Origin: Alphaproteobacteria bacterium
GTDB taxonomy: Bacteria > Pseudomonadota > Alphaproteobacteria > CALKHQ01
Direction: 5' to 3'
Length of the DNA: 64,000 nucleotides
Assembly (NCBI GenBank): GCA_965227515.1
Contig: CBDDFZ010000001.1
Span: forward strand, 320,001 to 384,000
In this document: positions 1 through 9,050 of the stretch, piece after piece
How positions within the stretch are numbered: position 1 is the first letter of the stretch
Layout: each line of letters begins with the position of its first letter
The notes under the pieces: generated by a model
What the model was told of the DNA's origin: nothing
The model's database searches: none
Seen by the model: the letters and a program-made list of their open reading frames with translations, nothing else
Translations under genes and position numbers: made by a program

Positions 1-116
1 CCGATCAGGAACACGACGATCAGGTTGGCTTCGAGCACGAACATGCTGACGATGCCGATGAACCACAGGAAGGCCGCCAGCGAAATGAGCGCCAGGCCGG
101 CATCCAATCCCTTCAT
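1..116 (-). CDS. Small hydrophobic membrane protein, 3'-truncated by window edge (MKGLDAGLALISLAAFLWFIGIVSMFVLEANLIVVFLI...)
   Basis: ATG at 116-114 overlaps the amidase TGA (TGATG coupling); open hydrophobic frame to the window edge; absent from ORF track. Confidence 0.7.
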   Translation of the reverse strand, partial: MKGLDAGLALISLAAFLWFIGIVSMFVLEANLIVVFLI

Positions 117-1495
117 CAGGAAGCCTCCCCGTCCATCAGCGACGCCATGAAGTGGCGCGCGGTGCGCAGCAGTCGACCGTCCTCGCCGGCGCGGCCGACC
201 AGTTGCACGCCCAGCGGCAATCCATTGGCGCCGGTCATCATCGGCAGCGAGATCGCCGGGGTGCCCAGGAACGTCCATGGCGCGCAGAACACCGGGTTGC
301 CGGTGGCGCCCAGGCCAAGCGGCGCCTCGCCCGGTGCCGACGGCGTGATGATGGCGTCGTAGCGCTCGAACACCTTCTCCAGGCCGGCGTTCAGGGTGTC
401 GCGCCAGTCGATGGCGTTCATGAACTGGATGGCGCTGACCTCGCGCCCCTCCGCGAACAGGTCCTTGGTGACCTGGCTCAGCTTGTCGGCGCCGCGCTTC
501 TCGTAGTGGCCGAGGTTGCGCGCCATGCCGGAGCACATCAGCGCCTGCTGCGCCGGCCACGCCTCGGCGAACACCGGGCCGATATCGACCTCGTCGCAGC
601 GGTCGCCCAATGCGTCCATCAACTCGGCGAACGCAGCCTTGGTGTCGTCGTCGGCCTCGTCCCAGTGCGGCGTCTTGACGAAGGCGAACAGGGGCTCCAC
701 CGGCGGTGTCGCGGTCGCGGTCTCATGCAGGCGGGAGGCGGCGCGCGGCTGGGTCGCCGTGTCCGCCGGGTCGAAGCCGAACAGCACGTCGGCGGCCAGC
801 GCCGCACCGTCCACGTCGCGTGCGAACAGGCCGATGGTATCGAGCTGATGGCACTGCAGCAGCGTGCCGCCACGCCCGATGCGGCCGTGGGTCGGCTTGT
901 ATCCCACCACGCCGCAGAACGAGGCCGGCCGCACCACCGAGCCCTTGGTCTGGGTGCCGATGGCGAGCGGTACCATGCCGGCGGCCACCGCCGCCGCGGA
1001 GCCGGACGACGAGCCGCCCGGCGTGCGGTTGGGGTCGTGCGGATTGCGGGTCTTGCCCGGCGAGAAGAAGGCGAGCTCGGTCGACACCGCCTTGCCCATG
1101 ATCACCGCCCCGGCGGCACGCAGCCGCGCGGCGACGGTGGAGTCGCGCTTCGGCTGGCGCCCGGCGTCCAGCACCGTGCCGTTCTCGGTCGGCATGTCGC
1201 AGGTGTCGATGATGTCCTTCAGCCCGACCGGAATGCCGTGCAACGCGCCCAGCGGCTGGCCGGTGCCGCGATAGGCATCCAGCGCCTTGGCCTGGTTGAT
1301 CACGTGCTCCGGGTCCAGGTGGGTCCAGGCCTGCACCTGCTCTTCCTTCGCCTCGATCTCGGCGAGGAAGGCGCGGGCGACGTCGACGGCGGAAACCGCG
1401 CCCGTCGCCAGCTTGTCGCGCAGGTCGGCCAGCGGCCAGTTGACCAGCTGCGGATCGACGGGACGTTGAACACTGGGGCGGTGAACGTCAGCCAT
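116..1495 (-). CDS. Amidase signature family protein (GatA-like)
   Basis: GLKD Lys motif, GGSSSGSAAAVA signature, GTQTKGSVVRPASFCG nucleophile region. Confidence 0.92.
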   Translation of the reverse strand: MADVHRPSVQRPVDPQLVNWPLADLRDKLATGAVSAVDVARAFLAEIEAKEEQVQAWTHLDPEHVINQAKALDAYRGTGQPLGALHGIPVGLKDIIDTCDMPTENGTVLDAGRQPKRDSTVAARLRAAGAVIMGKAVSTELAFFSPGKTRNPHDPNRTPGGSSSGSAAAVAAGMVPLAIGTQTKGSVVRPASFCGVVGYKPTHGRIGRGGTLLQCHQLDTIGLFARDVDGAALAADVLFGFDPADTATQPRAASRLHETATATPPVEPLFAFVKTPHWDEADDDTKAAFAELMDALGDRCDEVDIGPVFAEAWPAQQALMCSGMARNLGHYEKRGADKLSQVTKDLFAEGREVSAIQFMNAIDWRDTLNAGLEKVFERYDAIITPSAPGEAPLGLGATGNPVFCAPWTFLGTPAISLPMMTGANGLPLGVQLVGRAGEDGRLLRTARHFMASLMDGEAS

Positions 1496-3635
1496 AGACC
1501 AGCTCCGGTAGCCAATGCACGATCTCCGGGAACACGTAGACGATGATCATCGACAGGAACACCATCATCAGGAACGGCATACAGCCCCGGAAGATCTGGA
1601 CAAGGCGCACGTGTGGCGGCGCGATGCCCTTCAGGTAGTAGGCGGACATCGCCATCGGTGGCGTCAGGAACGACGTCTGCAGGTTCAGTGCCACCAGGAT
1701 GCCGAAGAACAGCGGGTCGATGTCGAAGATCGGCAGCAGCGGCAGGAAGATCGGCACGAAGATGATGACGATCTCGGACCATTCCAGCGGCCAGCCGAGC
1801 AGGAAGATGATGAACTGCGCCAGGATCAGGAAGCACAGGCCGCGCAGGAACGGCAACGCCTCGTCGGAGACCGAGAAGATGTCCTGGAAGAAGATCGCGA
1901 TGCCGTCGATGTGGGTGACCACGAACTCCTCGACGAGCTGCTCGCCGCCGAGGTAGGAGAACACCGACGAGAAGGTCCAGGAGCCGACGAACAGCCAGCA
2001 CACCATTGCCGAGGTGCGCACGGTCAAATAGACCGATTCGCGCATGCCGTCCCACTTGGTGCCGCAGGCGACCGCCGCCACCAGCGGGAAGCCCAAAGTG
2101 AAGGCATCCAGCAGGTGCCACAGCATCGGCGCTTCCGGGTCCGGATGCACGGCCCCGGTGACCAGAATGGCGGCGACCGCCACTGCCAACCCCAGGATTG
2201 CCGCGAAACCGGCAATGCGCAGGAACTGGTTCTCCAGCCGGTTGCTCGCCACATTGCGCGCCAGCCAGTGGAACAGGGTGCCCATCACCAGGAGGATCGC
2301 GCTCAGCCCGAACACGAACGCGGCATAGGTCGCCACGTCGGACAGGGTGTCGCCCAGCGTATACGGCGCCTCCGCCGCTTCCTCGCCCTCGGCGGCCTGG
2401 GCCGCGGCTTCCGCCGCCTCCTCGCCGCCGCCGAACAGCCAGCCGGCGATCTGGGCCACGATCATCACCGCCAAAGCCAACTGGAATGCGCGCATCAGCA
2501 ACGAGCGGACCGTGCCGTCCTGGGCAGCCTTCGCAAGCAAGCCGATCAGCGGCTGGCCCGTGGTCGCGACCAGCAGCGTCAACACCGCCGCGACCGCCAC
2601 CCACAGCCCGGGCGGCCATTCGGTGATGCCCTGCACATAGCCGAAGAACATGCCGGCGAACATGACCAGGATCAGGATGGCAAAGGCGCCGAAGGCGCCG
2701 AAGGCCACGCACGGCAGGAAGCCCAGGCGCGAGCCGCCGATGGACCACGCCGCCCACGGCGGCACGTGCTTGTCGGCGCCGCTGAAGAAGCCGTGCAACT
2801 GGTAGCTCGCGGCCAGCACCAGGCCGCCCAACGCGCCGATCGACGCCGCCTCGGAGGGTGTTGCCAGGCCGAACAGGATCGCGCCCAGCACCGACAGGAT
2901 CAGGATCGCCAGCGGCACGAACGACGTTGCCATCATCCGCATCACCTCACCGCGCGAAACGCCCTCGTAGGTCTCCTTCGGCGGCGGCGGCGCGATCTTC
3001 GGCTGCAGTGCTGCGCGGCCGATGACGTAAACCACGTAGAGCCCGGCCAACAGCGCGCCCGGCAGCAGCGCGCCGGCATAGAGCTGGACGATGGAAACGC
3101 TAGAGGTCGCCGCATAGACGATCAGCATGATCGACGGCGGGATCAGGATGCCCAGCGTGCCGCCGGCACAGATGACGCCGGATGCGAACTGGGTGTCGTA
3201 ACGCGCCTTCAGCATCGCCGGATAGGCGAGCAGGCCCATCAGCGTGATCACCGCGCCGACGATGCCGGTGGCGGTGGCGAACAGCGCGCAGGTGATCAGG
3301 GCGGCGACCGCCATGGAGCCCGGCACGCGCCGGGCGGCGATTTGCAGTGATGAGAACAAACGGGCAACAATATTGGCGCGTTCGACGATGTAGCCCATGA
3401 ACAGGAACAGCGGCACCGCCGTCAGCACGTCGTTCGACATCACCGAGTAGGTCTGGTTGACCAACAGGTTGAACACCCGGTTGTCGAGCAGGTTGTCCAT
3501 GCGGGCGGCGTCGAAATAGGCGTAGTAGCCAAAGCCCACGCCCAGCGCCATCAGGGTGAAGGCAATCGGGAAGCCCAGCATGATCAGGACGATGAAGACG
3601 CCCAGCATCATCACGCCGATGGTGGGATCGCTCAT
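1488..3635 (-). CDS. dctM: TRAP transporter large permease (DctM), with ~250 aa internal insertion
   Basis: AVPLFLFMG, GGTLGILIPPS, ATPSEAA, NLQTSFLTPP motifs; 715 aa. Confidence 0.9.
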   Translation of the reverse strand: MSDPTIGVMMLGVFIVLIMLGFPIAFTLMALGVGFGYYAYFDAARMDNLLDNRVFNLLVNQTYSVMSNDVLTAVPLFLFMGYIVERANIVARLFSSLQIAARRVPGSMAVAALITCALFATATGIVGAVITLMGLLAYPAMLKARYDTQFASGVICAGGTLGILIPPSIMLIVYAATSSVSIVQLYAGALLPGALLAGLYVVYVIGRAALQPKIAPPPPKETYEGVSRGEVMRMMATSFVPLAILILSVLGAILFGLATPSEAASIGALGGLVLAASYQLHGFFSGADKHVPPWAAWSIGGSRLGFLPCVAFGAFGAFAILILVMFAGMFFGYVQGITEWPPGLWVAVAAVLTLLVATTGQPLIGLLAKAAQDGTVRSLLMRAFQLALAVMIVAQIAGWLFGGGEEAAEAAAQAAEGEEAAEAPYTLGDTLSDVATYAAFVFGLSAILLVMGTLFHWLARNVASNRLENQFLRIAGFAAILGLAVAVAAILVTGAVHPDPEAPMLWHLLDAFTLGFPLVAAVACGTKWDGMRESVYLTVRTSAMVCWLFVGSWTFSSVFSYLGGEQLVEEFVVTHIDGIAIFFQDIFSVSDEALPFLRGLCFLILAQFIIFLLGWPLEWSEIVIIFVPIFLPLLPIFDIDPLFFGILVALNLQTSFLTPPMAMSAYYLKGIAPPHVRLVQIFRGCMPFLMMVFLSMIIVYVFPEIVHWLPELVYG

Positions 3636-4336
3636 GTCCGGTTGGGTCCGCTCTTGTCTGGATTGTTTTCGTTATCGGGCGATCCGCCCGGCGCAGCCGC
3701 GTCCTCGTCCCGCGTCAAGCCGGAGGGCACATCCACCGCCTCGCTGCCATGCAGCAGCACGTCGCGGGTCTTCTCGTCCAGGAGCTGCTGCTCCATCTCC
3801 TCGACGTCGGCGGCCTTCGGCGGCCAGTAGCCTTGTTGGATGCAGATGATGCAGCGGAAGACCTGGGCGATGCCCTGCAGCACCAGCAGGGCGCCGGCGG
3901 CCGGCATCACGGTCTTGAACTGGAAGATCGGCACGTTGGCCGGGCTCATGACGCTGACTTCGCCGGCATTGTTGTTGTAGCCCCAGGACTTGTCGGCGTA
4001 TTCCCACCCGGCGAACACCAGCGCCAGCACGCCGGGGAAGAAGAACAGCACGTAGAGGATGCATTCCATGATCGCCTGGGTCCGCGGCTTCCACAGGCGG
4101 TAGAACACATCGGCGCGTACGTGCCCGTCGCGCGACAGGGTGTACGCGCCGGCCATCATGAACAGCGTGCCGTACATCATGTACGAGATGTCGAACGCCC
4201 AGGACGTCGGGTCGCGCAGCAGATAGCGCACGAACACCTCGTAGGCGACACCCAGCGTCATGATCATGATGCACCAGGCGAACGCCTTGCCGAACCAGGA
4301 CGACAGTTTGTCGGCGAATGCGATGTAGGCTCTCAT
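3632..4336 (-). CDS. dctQ: TRAP transporter small permease (DctQ)
   Basis: YEVFVRY, GAYTL..DGHVRADVFY motifs, 4 TM; ATGA overlap with dctM. Confidence 0.9.
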   Translation of the reverse strand: MRAYIAFADKLSSWFGKAFAWCIMIMTLGVAYEVFVRYLLRDPTSWAFDISYMMYGTLFMMAGAYTLSRDGHVRADVFYRLWKPRTQAIMECILYVLFFFPGVLALVFAGWEYADKSWGYNNNAGEVSVMSPANVPIFQFKTVMPAAGALLVLQGIAQVFRCIICIQQGYWPPKAADVEEMEQQLLDEKTRDVLLHGSEAVDVPSGLTRDEDAAAPGGSPDNENNPDKSGPNRT

Positions 4337-4508
4337 CTTGGGTCTACGAGCGTACGCTTCTCACAGGTGACAGGTGACGATATCGACGGACGGCGCGAAA
4401 CGGCGACGCCCGCCGGGTGACAAGTACGAACACTGGCAGCGGCGATCCAGATCGGCGCCGGGTGGGGGAAGTTGGCCGGCAACGAGCTTGGCCCGCGGGG
4501 GTTGTTGC

Positions 4509-4523
4509 GCAAAGCGCGCGCCG
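4509..4523 (-). promoter_or_regulatory. Candidate sigma54 promoter for dctQM-amidase
   Basis: Minus strand CGGCGCG-CGCT-TTGC, GG-N10-GC spacing, ~170 bp upstream of dctQ. Confidence 0.4.
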
Positions 4524-4662
4524 GTTGCAACAAAATTTCGGCCTGCCCGCGAAATGCGGGATCAATGTTGCGTGTCGTGCGCCGGCCCTGCCGCCGCCGG
4601 CGGCAGGGGTACAAAGGCACCGTCACCCACACGATCGACGGCCGTCCGCCGCCGGTTGCCGA

Positions 4663-6006
4663 TCAGCCGAGCTCGTCCTCCCAGGCCGCCTGGGCGTCGC
4701 CCAGCGCTTCCTCGGGCGTCTTGTTGCCGGCGATCATTTCCGCCAGCTCGTCGCTCAGCGTGTTCATCAGCTTCGGCGTCTCCGGGATGGTCGGCCACGG
4801 GAACGCATTGCTGATCGCCTGCTCCACCGCGTCGGCCTGCAACGGCGCGAACTCGCGATACGCCTCCATCGCAGAATGGCGGATGGGATCGACGCCGGTC
4901 TTGTTGTTGGTCAGCACGTCGATATGGGTTTCCTTGCTGCCCGCCATGCGGACGAATTCCCACGCCATGTCGACGTTGTGCGACCCGGAGGAAACGCCGA
5001 ACCCGAAGCCGGCATTCATCGCCGGGCGGTGCACGGTGTTGTTGCCGCCCACCGGCATCGGCACCACGCCCCACTTGTCGACGATTGAGCTCTGCTCGGG
5101 GTCCTGCGCCCAGGTGCCCATGTCGGTCCAGAACTCGATCATGCCGCCCTGGCCGCCCAGGAACACCGGGATCGAGTTGCCGAACTCGGTCTCCGCCGGG
5201 GTCGGCAGAGCATAGGGCGCCGCATCCAGGATCGCCTGTGCGGCGCCGATGGCGGCGTCGGTGGTCAGCGCCGGTGCGCCGTTGGAGTCCAGGAAGTCGC
5301 CGCCGAAGCCGCCGAGCCGGTTGGCATAGGTGGAGCAGATGATAATCGGCACCTTCAGGCCCATGATGATGCAGCCATAGATGCCGTCGCCGCTCTCCGC
5401 CTCGGTGATCGCCTTGGCGACCGCGGTGTACTCGGCCCAGGTGGTCGGCGGGGTCTGGCCGTTCCGCTCCAGGATTTCGGCATTGTAGAACAGCACGTGG
5501 GTGTCGCCGTCATAGGGCAGGCCATAGCGGCGGCCGTCGACCAGCGTGTAGGCGTCGTAGAGTGCGCCGAGATAGTCGTCGGGATCGAGGTCGGCGTCGG
5601 CGGCGATGCGGTCGGTCACGTCCAGCAGCACGCCGTCGCGCGCCAGCGCTTCCTTGTCGGCGTACCAGTACTCGAACACGTCCATCTCGTTGGCGCCGGA
5701 CACCACGTCCAGGGTCGCCTGCGCGGTGATCTGGTCGTAGGGCACCTTCACCGCCTCGACGGTGGCGCCGGTCAGCTCGGCGAACGCGGCCGACAGCGGG
5801 TCGATCGAGCCGGCATGCGGGTTGATGACCATGAATCGCAGCGTCTCGCCGGAGAAATCGGCGGCGCGGCCCAGCTTCATCAGCGCCGGGTTGGCGAGCA
5901 ACGGCCCGGCCAGCGCGGCCGAGGCAGCACCGCGCACGAACCGGCGGCGGGTCACCCCGGTGTTTTCGGCAGGGGCATTCAACAGGTTGGACAGTCTGCT
6001 CGTCAC
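4663..6006 (-). CDS. ABC-type extracellular solute-binding protein (sugar-binding family 1) with Tat signal
   Basis: TRRRFV Tat motif; YGLPYDGDTHVLFYN and PPTTWAEY motifs; GTG start after GGGAGAAGAG. Confidence 0.85.
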   Translation of the reverse strand: MTSRLSNLLNAPAENTGVTRRRFVRGAASAALAGPLLANPALMKLGRAADFSGETLRFMVINPHAGSIDPLSAAFAELTGATVEAVKVPYDQITAQATLDVVSGANEMDVFEYWYADKEALARDGVLLDVTDRIAADADLDPDDYLGALYDAYTLVDGRRYGLPYDGDTHVLFYNAEILERNGQTPPTTWAEYTAVAKAITEAESGDGIYGCIIMGLKVPIIICSTYANRLGGFGGDFLDSNGAPALTTDAAIGAAQAILDAAPYALPTPAETEFGNSIPVFLGGQGGMIEFWTDMGTWAQDPEQSSIVDKWGVVPMPVGGNNTVHRPAMNAGFGFGVSSGSHNVDMAWEFVRMAGSKETHIDVLTNNKTGVDPIRHSAMEAYREFAPLQADAVEQAISNAFPWPTIPETPKLMNTLSDELAEMIAGNKTPEEALGDAQAAWEDELG

Positions 6007-6137
6007 GATCTCTTCCTCCCGTGCGACGGTCATGTCGATGGGCCTTTGCGGCCCTTGGCGCGAACCATAGTACAGTCGGCGCGCGGTGTGTACACCCGCG
6101 ACGCGGTCTCCCCGCTTTGGCCTGCGGTATGGCTGTT

Positions 6138-6154
6138 GCATCGCAAAACGATGC
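6138..6154. promoter_or_regulatory. Palindromic operator candidate (GCATCG-N5-CGATGC; includes TGC-N3-GCA, PhaR/AniA-like)
   Basis: Inverted repeat in the divergent SBP/SDR intergenic region. Confidence 0.35.
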
Positions 6155-6202
6155 GCTACAAGCGCGCGACTCACTCAAAACTCGGCAAGGCGGGGACCTG
6201 GA

Positions 6203-6967
6203 ATGAACGTAGATGGACATGCGGCGCTGGTGACAGGCGGCGGATCGGGCATGGGGGCCGCGACGGCGCGGGCGCTGGCGGCGGCAGGCGCCAAGGTGGC
6301 GTGCCTGGACGTGAACATGGAGGCCGCCAATGCCGTGGCCGGCGAAATCGGCGGCATCGCGGTCGAATGCAATGTCGCCGACGCCAAGAGCGCGGAAGAT
6401 GCGGTGGCCGCGGCGCGCGACGCCCATGGCCCGGCGCGCGTGCTGATCAACTGTGCCGGCATCGCCACCGGCGCGCGCCTGGTGGGGCGCGACGGGCCGC
6501 ACGACTTCGACCTGTTCGCGCGCACCATCAACATCAACCTTTTGGGCTCGTTCAACCTGATGCGGCTGGCCGCGACCGATATGGCCGGCATGGACACGCT
6601 GAACGAGGATGGCGAGCGCGGCTTCGTCATCAACACCGCGTCGGTCGCGGCATTCGACGGCCAGATCGGCCAGGTCGCCTACAGCGCGTCCAAGGGCGGC
6701 ATCGTCGGCCTGACCCTGCCGGCGGCCCGCGAGCTGGCGAAATTCGGCATTCGCGTGGTCACCATCGCGCCCGGCATCATCGGCACGCCCATGATGTCCG
6801 GTCTGCCGCAAGACGTGCAGGACAGCCTGGCCACCCAGATCCCGTTCCCGTCGCGCCTGGGCCGGGCCGACGAATATGCCTCGCTGGTCATGCACATTGC
6901 CGGGAACGAGCTGATCAACGGCGAGACCATTCGGCTGGACGGCGCCATCCGCATGGCGCCGAAATAG
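6203..6967 (+). CDS. SDR, type II 3-hydroxyacyl-CoA dehydrogenase (HSD17B10-like)
   Basis: TGGGSGMG, NCAGI, YSASKGG, GETIRLDGAIRM. Confidence 0.92.
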   Translation: MNVDGHAALVTGGGSGMGAATARALAAAGAKVACLDVNMEAANAVAGEIGGIAVECNVADAKSAEDAVAAARDAHGPARVLINCAGIATGARLVGRDGPHDFDLFARTININLLGSFNLMRLAATDMAGMDTLNEDGERGFVINTASVAAFDGQIGQVAYSASKGGIVGLTLPAARELAKFGIRVVTIAPGIIGTPMMSGLPQDVQDSLATQIPFPSRLGRADEYASLVMHIAGNELINGETIRLDGAIRMAPK

Positions 6968-7078
6968 GTCGTCCCGCACCCGACGCCGCGGCGCGCTCGA
7001 TTGCCGTGGCAACGGAAACCTTATGTTAGCGCCGCCATGCCACCTTGGGGCCAGGCCAGGTAGCCCCAAGGGTCAGGT

Positions 7079-7969
7079 ATGACCGTCTTCTTGCGCATGA
7101 TGCGTTCGACCCTCGCCATGCCGGTGCTAGCCACCGGCATGGCGGTGGGTGCGACGCAGGCCGGGCCCGCCTGGGCCGAGTCGCCGCTGGCGGTCCGCGA
7201 CTCGTTCTGCGGCATCCGCCGCGAACTGGTGCCCACCTCCGTCGACCCCCAGCTTCACTTCTTCGGGCACGACGACCGGTCGCTGGTCGACAGCAGCCAG
7301 TTGCCATGGCGCGCCGTCGGCCTCGTCGTCTCTTCGGCCACCACCCAGTGCAGCGGCGTGCTGATCGACGATGACGTCCTGCTGACCGCCGCCCATTGCG
7401 TGACCGACGCCAACGGCCGGCCGGTGCCGAGCAACAACATCCAGTTCTATGCCGGCGTGCGCGACCGCACCTATCAGGCCACCGCCGCCGTGGTCGACAT
7501 CGTGGTGCCCGGAGCCTACCGGGGCCGCGAGGGCGACATGGCCCATGACTGGGCGCTGTTGGAACTGGCCACGCCGATCGGCGCTGAGATCGGCTACATC
7601 GAGATCTGGCGGCCGGATTCCGTCGCCGTCCTCGGCACCGGCGGCTCCAACGGCCAGCAGGTCGCCCAGGCAGGCTACAGCATCGACCTGCCGTTCTCGC
7701 TCAGCGCGCACCGCGGCTGCTCCATTGGCAACGTGTTCGCCAACGGCACCTTCGCCCATGACTGCGACACCCTGCCGGGCGATAGCGGCTCGCCGCTGTT
7801 TCTCAGCCAGGACGGCCGCGAGTACGTGGTCGCCATCGACGTGGCGGCGGAGTGCGACACCGACGGCCGGGTGGTGCGCAACATCGCGGTCGACGTGCGT
7901 GGCTTCTACGAGGCCTATCGCAGCCTCGCCGGCCGCCCCACCGCCCGGGTGATTCGGCTGGGCGAATGA
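7079..7969 (+). CDS. Secreted trypsin-like (V8/glutamyl endopeptidase-type) serine protease
   Basis: Signal peptide; TAAHC, DWALL, CDTLPGDSGSP catalytic triad motifs. Confidence 0.88.
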   Translation: MTVFLRMMRSTLAMPVLATGMAVGATQAGPAWAESPLAVRDSFCGIRRELVPTSVDPQLHFFGHDDRSLVDSSQLPWRAVGLVVSSATTQCSGVLIDDDVLLTAAHCVTDANGRPVPSNNIQFYAGVRDRTYQATAAVVDIVVPGAYRGREGDMAHDWALLELATPIGAEIGYIEIWRPDSVAVLGTGGSNGQQVAQAGYSIDLPFSLSAHRGCSIGNVFANGTFAHDCDTLPGDSGSPLFLSQDGREYVVAIDVAAECDTDGRVVRNIAVDVRGFYEAYRSLAGRPTARVIRLGE

Positions 7970-7970
7970 A

Positions 7971-8002
7971 GCGATGGTTAGAGTCAGCGATGGTTAGAGT
8001 CA
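7971..8002. repeat. Perfect 16-bp tandem repeat x2 (GCGATGGTTAGAGTCA)
   Basis: Read directly just after the first protease stop. Confidence 0.9.
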
Positions 8003-8144
8003 TGGAGGCCGATCCATGTTAATGACGGGCCGGCGCCGATAACGCCAATATGATCGCTTGAGTCCGCGACAGCGGCGCTCGGTCGCGCTATCTGCTCGCG
8101 CAATTGTTGCCTGGTCGAACTGCGTGCCGCCCCCGGACCCCGCC

Positions 8145-8951
8145 ATGCGTGTTGCCATTCTTGTTGTGCGCTGCCGAGTGTGGCTTGCGGCCGGGCTGCT
8201 GGCGCTCTGGCCGGGCGGCGCCTGGGCGCAGGAGTTGCGCCAGTTCTTCGGCGCAGACGACCGCATGTTCGTGGACGCCAGCGCCTATCCGTGGCGCGCC
8301 ATCGGGCAGGTGCGCATGCAAAGCGGCGCCACATGCACCGGTGTGCTGGTCGAAACCAACCTGGTGCTGACCGCCGCCCACTGCTTCTTCGACGACAACG
8401 ACCCCGAACGGCGCGACGAGGCGGTCAGCTTCGTCGCCGGGCTCGATGGCAACAGCTATGTGGCGCTGGCCAGCATCGGGTCGGTCTTCCTGGCGCCTGA
8501 ATTCAACAACCTGACGTTCTCGCGCAGCCCCAATGCCGACGGGCTGGACTGGGCGTTCGCCATGCTGGACGACGACATCGGTACCGAGATCGGCTTCATC
8601 CGGGTGCTGCGGCTGAGCGAGGGCGAGCTGCACGCGGTGGCCGACGGGGGCTGGCTGACCGTCATCCAGTCCGGCTACGGCTACGACCATCCGCGCCAGC
8701 AGATGGCGCACATCGGCTGCCGCATCGTGCGCATCTACGACGACAACACCATCCACCACGAGTGCGATACCGTGGTCGGCAACTCCGGCTCGCCGCTGTT
8801 CGTGAAGCTCGGCGACGAGTACTTCGTCATCGCCATCGACTCCAAGCAGTACTTCAACCTGGACGGGCCCTACGATTTCAACACCGCGGTCGACGCGCGC
8901 GGCATCTATCCGCACTACTACGTGATGACGCAGGTGTTCGGCGCGGATTAG
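8145..8951 (+). CDS. Second secreted V8-type serine protease (paralog)
   Basis: Signal peptide ending AWA; FFGADDR, TAAHC, DWA, CDTVVGNSGSP. Confidence 0.88.
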   Translation: MRVAILVVRCRVWLAAGLLALWPGGAWAQELRQFFGADDRMFVDASAYPWRAIGQVRMQSGATCTGVLVETNLVLTAAHCFFDDNDPERRDEAVSFVAGLDGNSYVALASIGSVFLAPEFNNLTFSRSPNADGLDWAFAMLDDDIGTEIGFIRVLRLSEGELHAVADGGWLTVIQSGYGYDHPRQQMAHIGCRIVRIYDDNTIHHECDTVVGNSGSPLFVKLGDEYFVIAIDSKQYFNLDGPYDFNTAVDARGIYPHYYVMTQVFGAD

Positions 8952-9050
8952 GGGACTTTTGGGTCCGAGTTGGCGCAGGCAGGGCGATCTGGTCTAATTC
9001 GTGCCGCCACGCGACAGCCCGCCGCCACAACACTTCGCTGAGAGCGCGTC

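Noticed and set aside
4457-4485. Possible half copy of family C element (CCGGGTGGGGGAAGTTGGCCGG)
   Set aside because: Only one arm, no loop motif; similarly weak fragments near 25463 and 26060 were not counted
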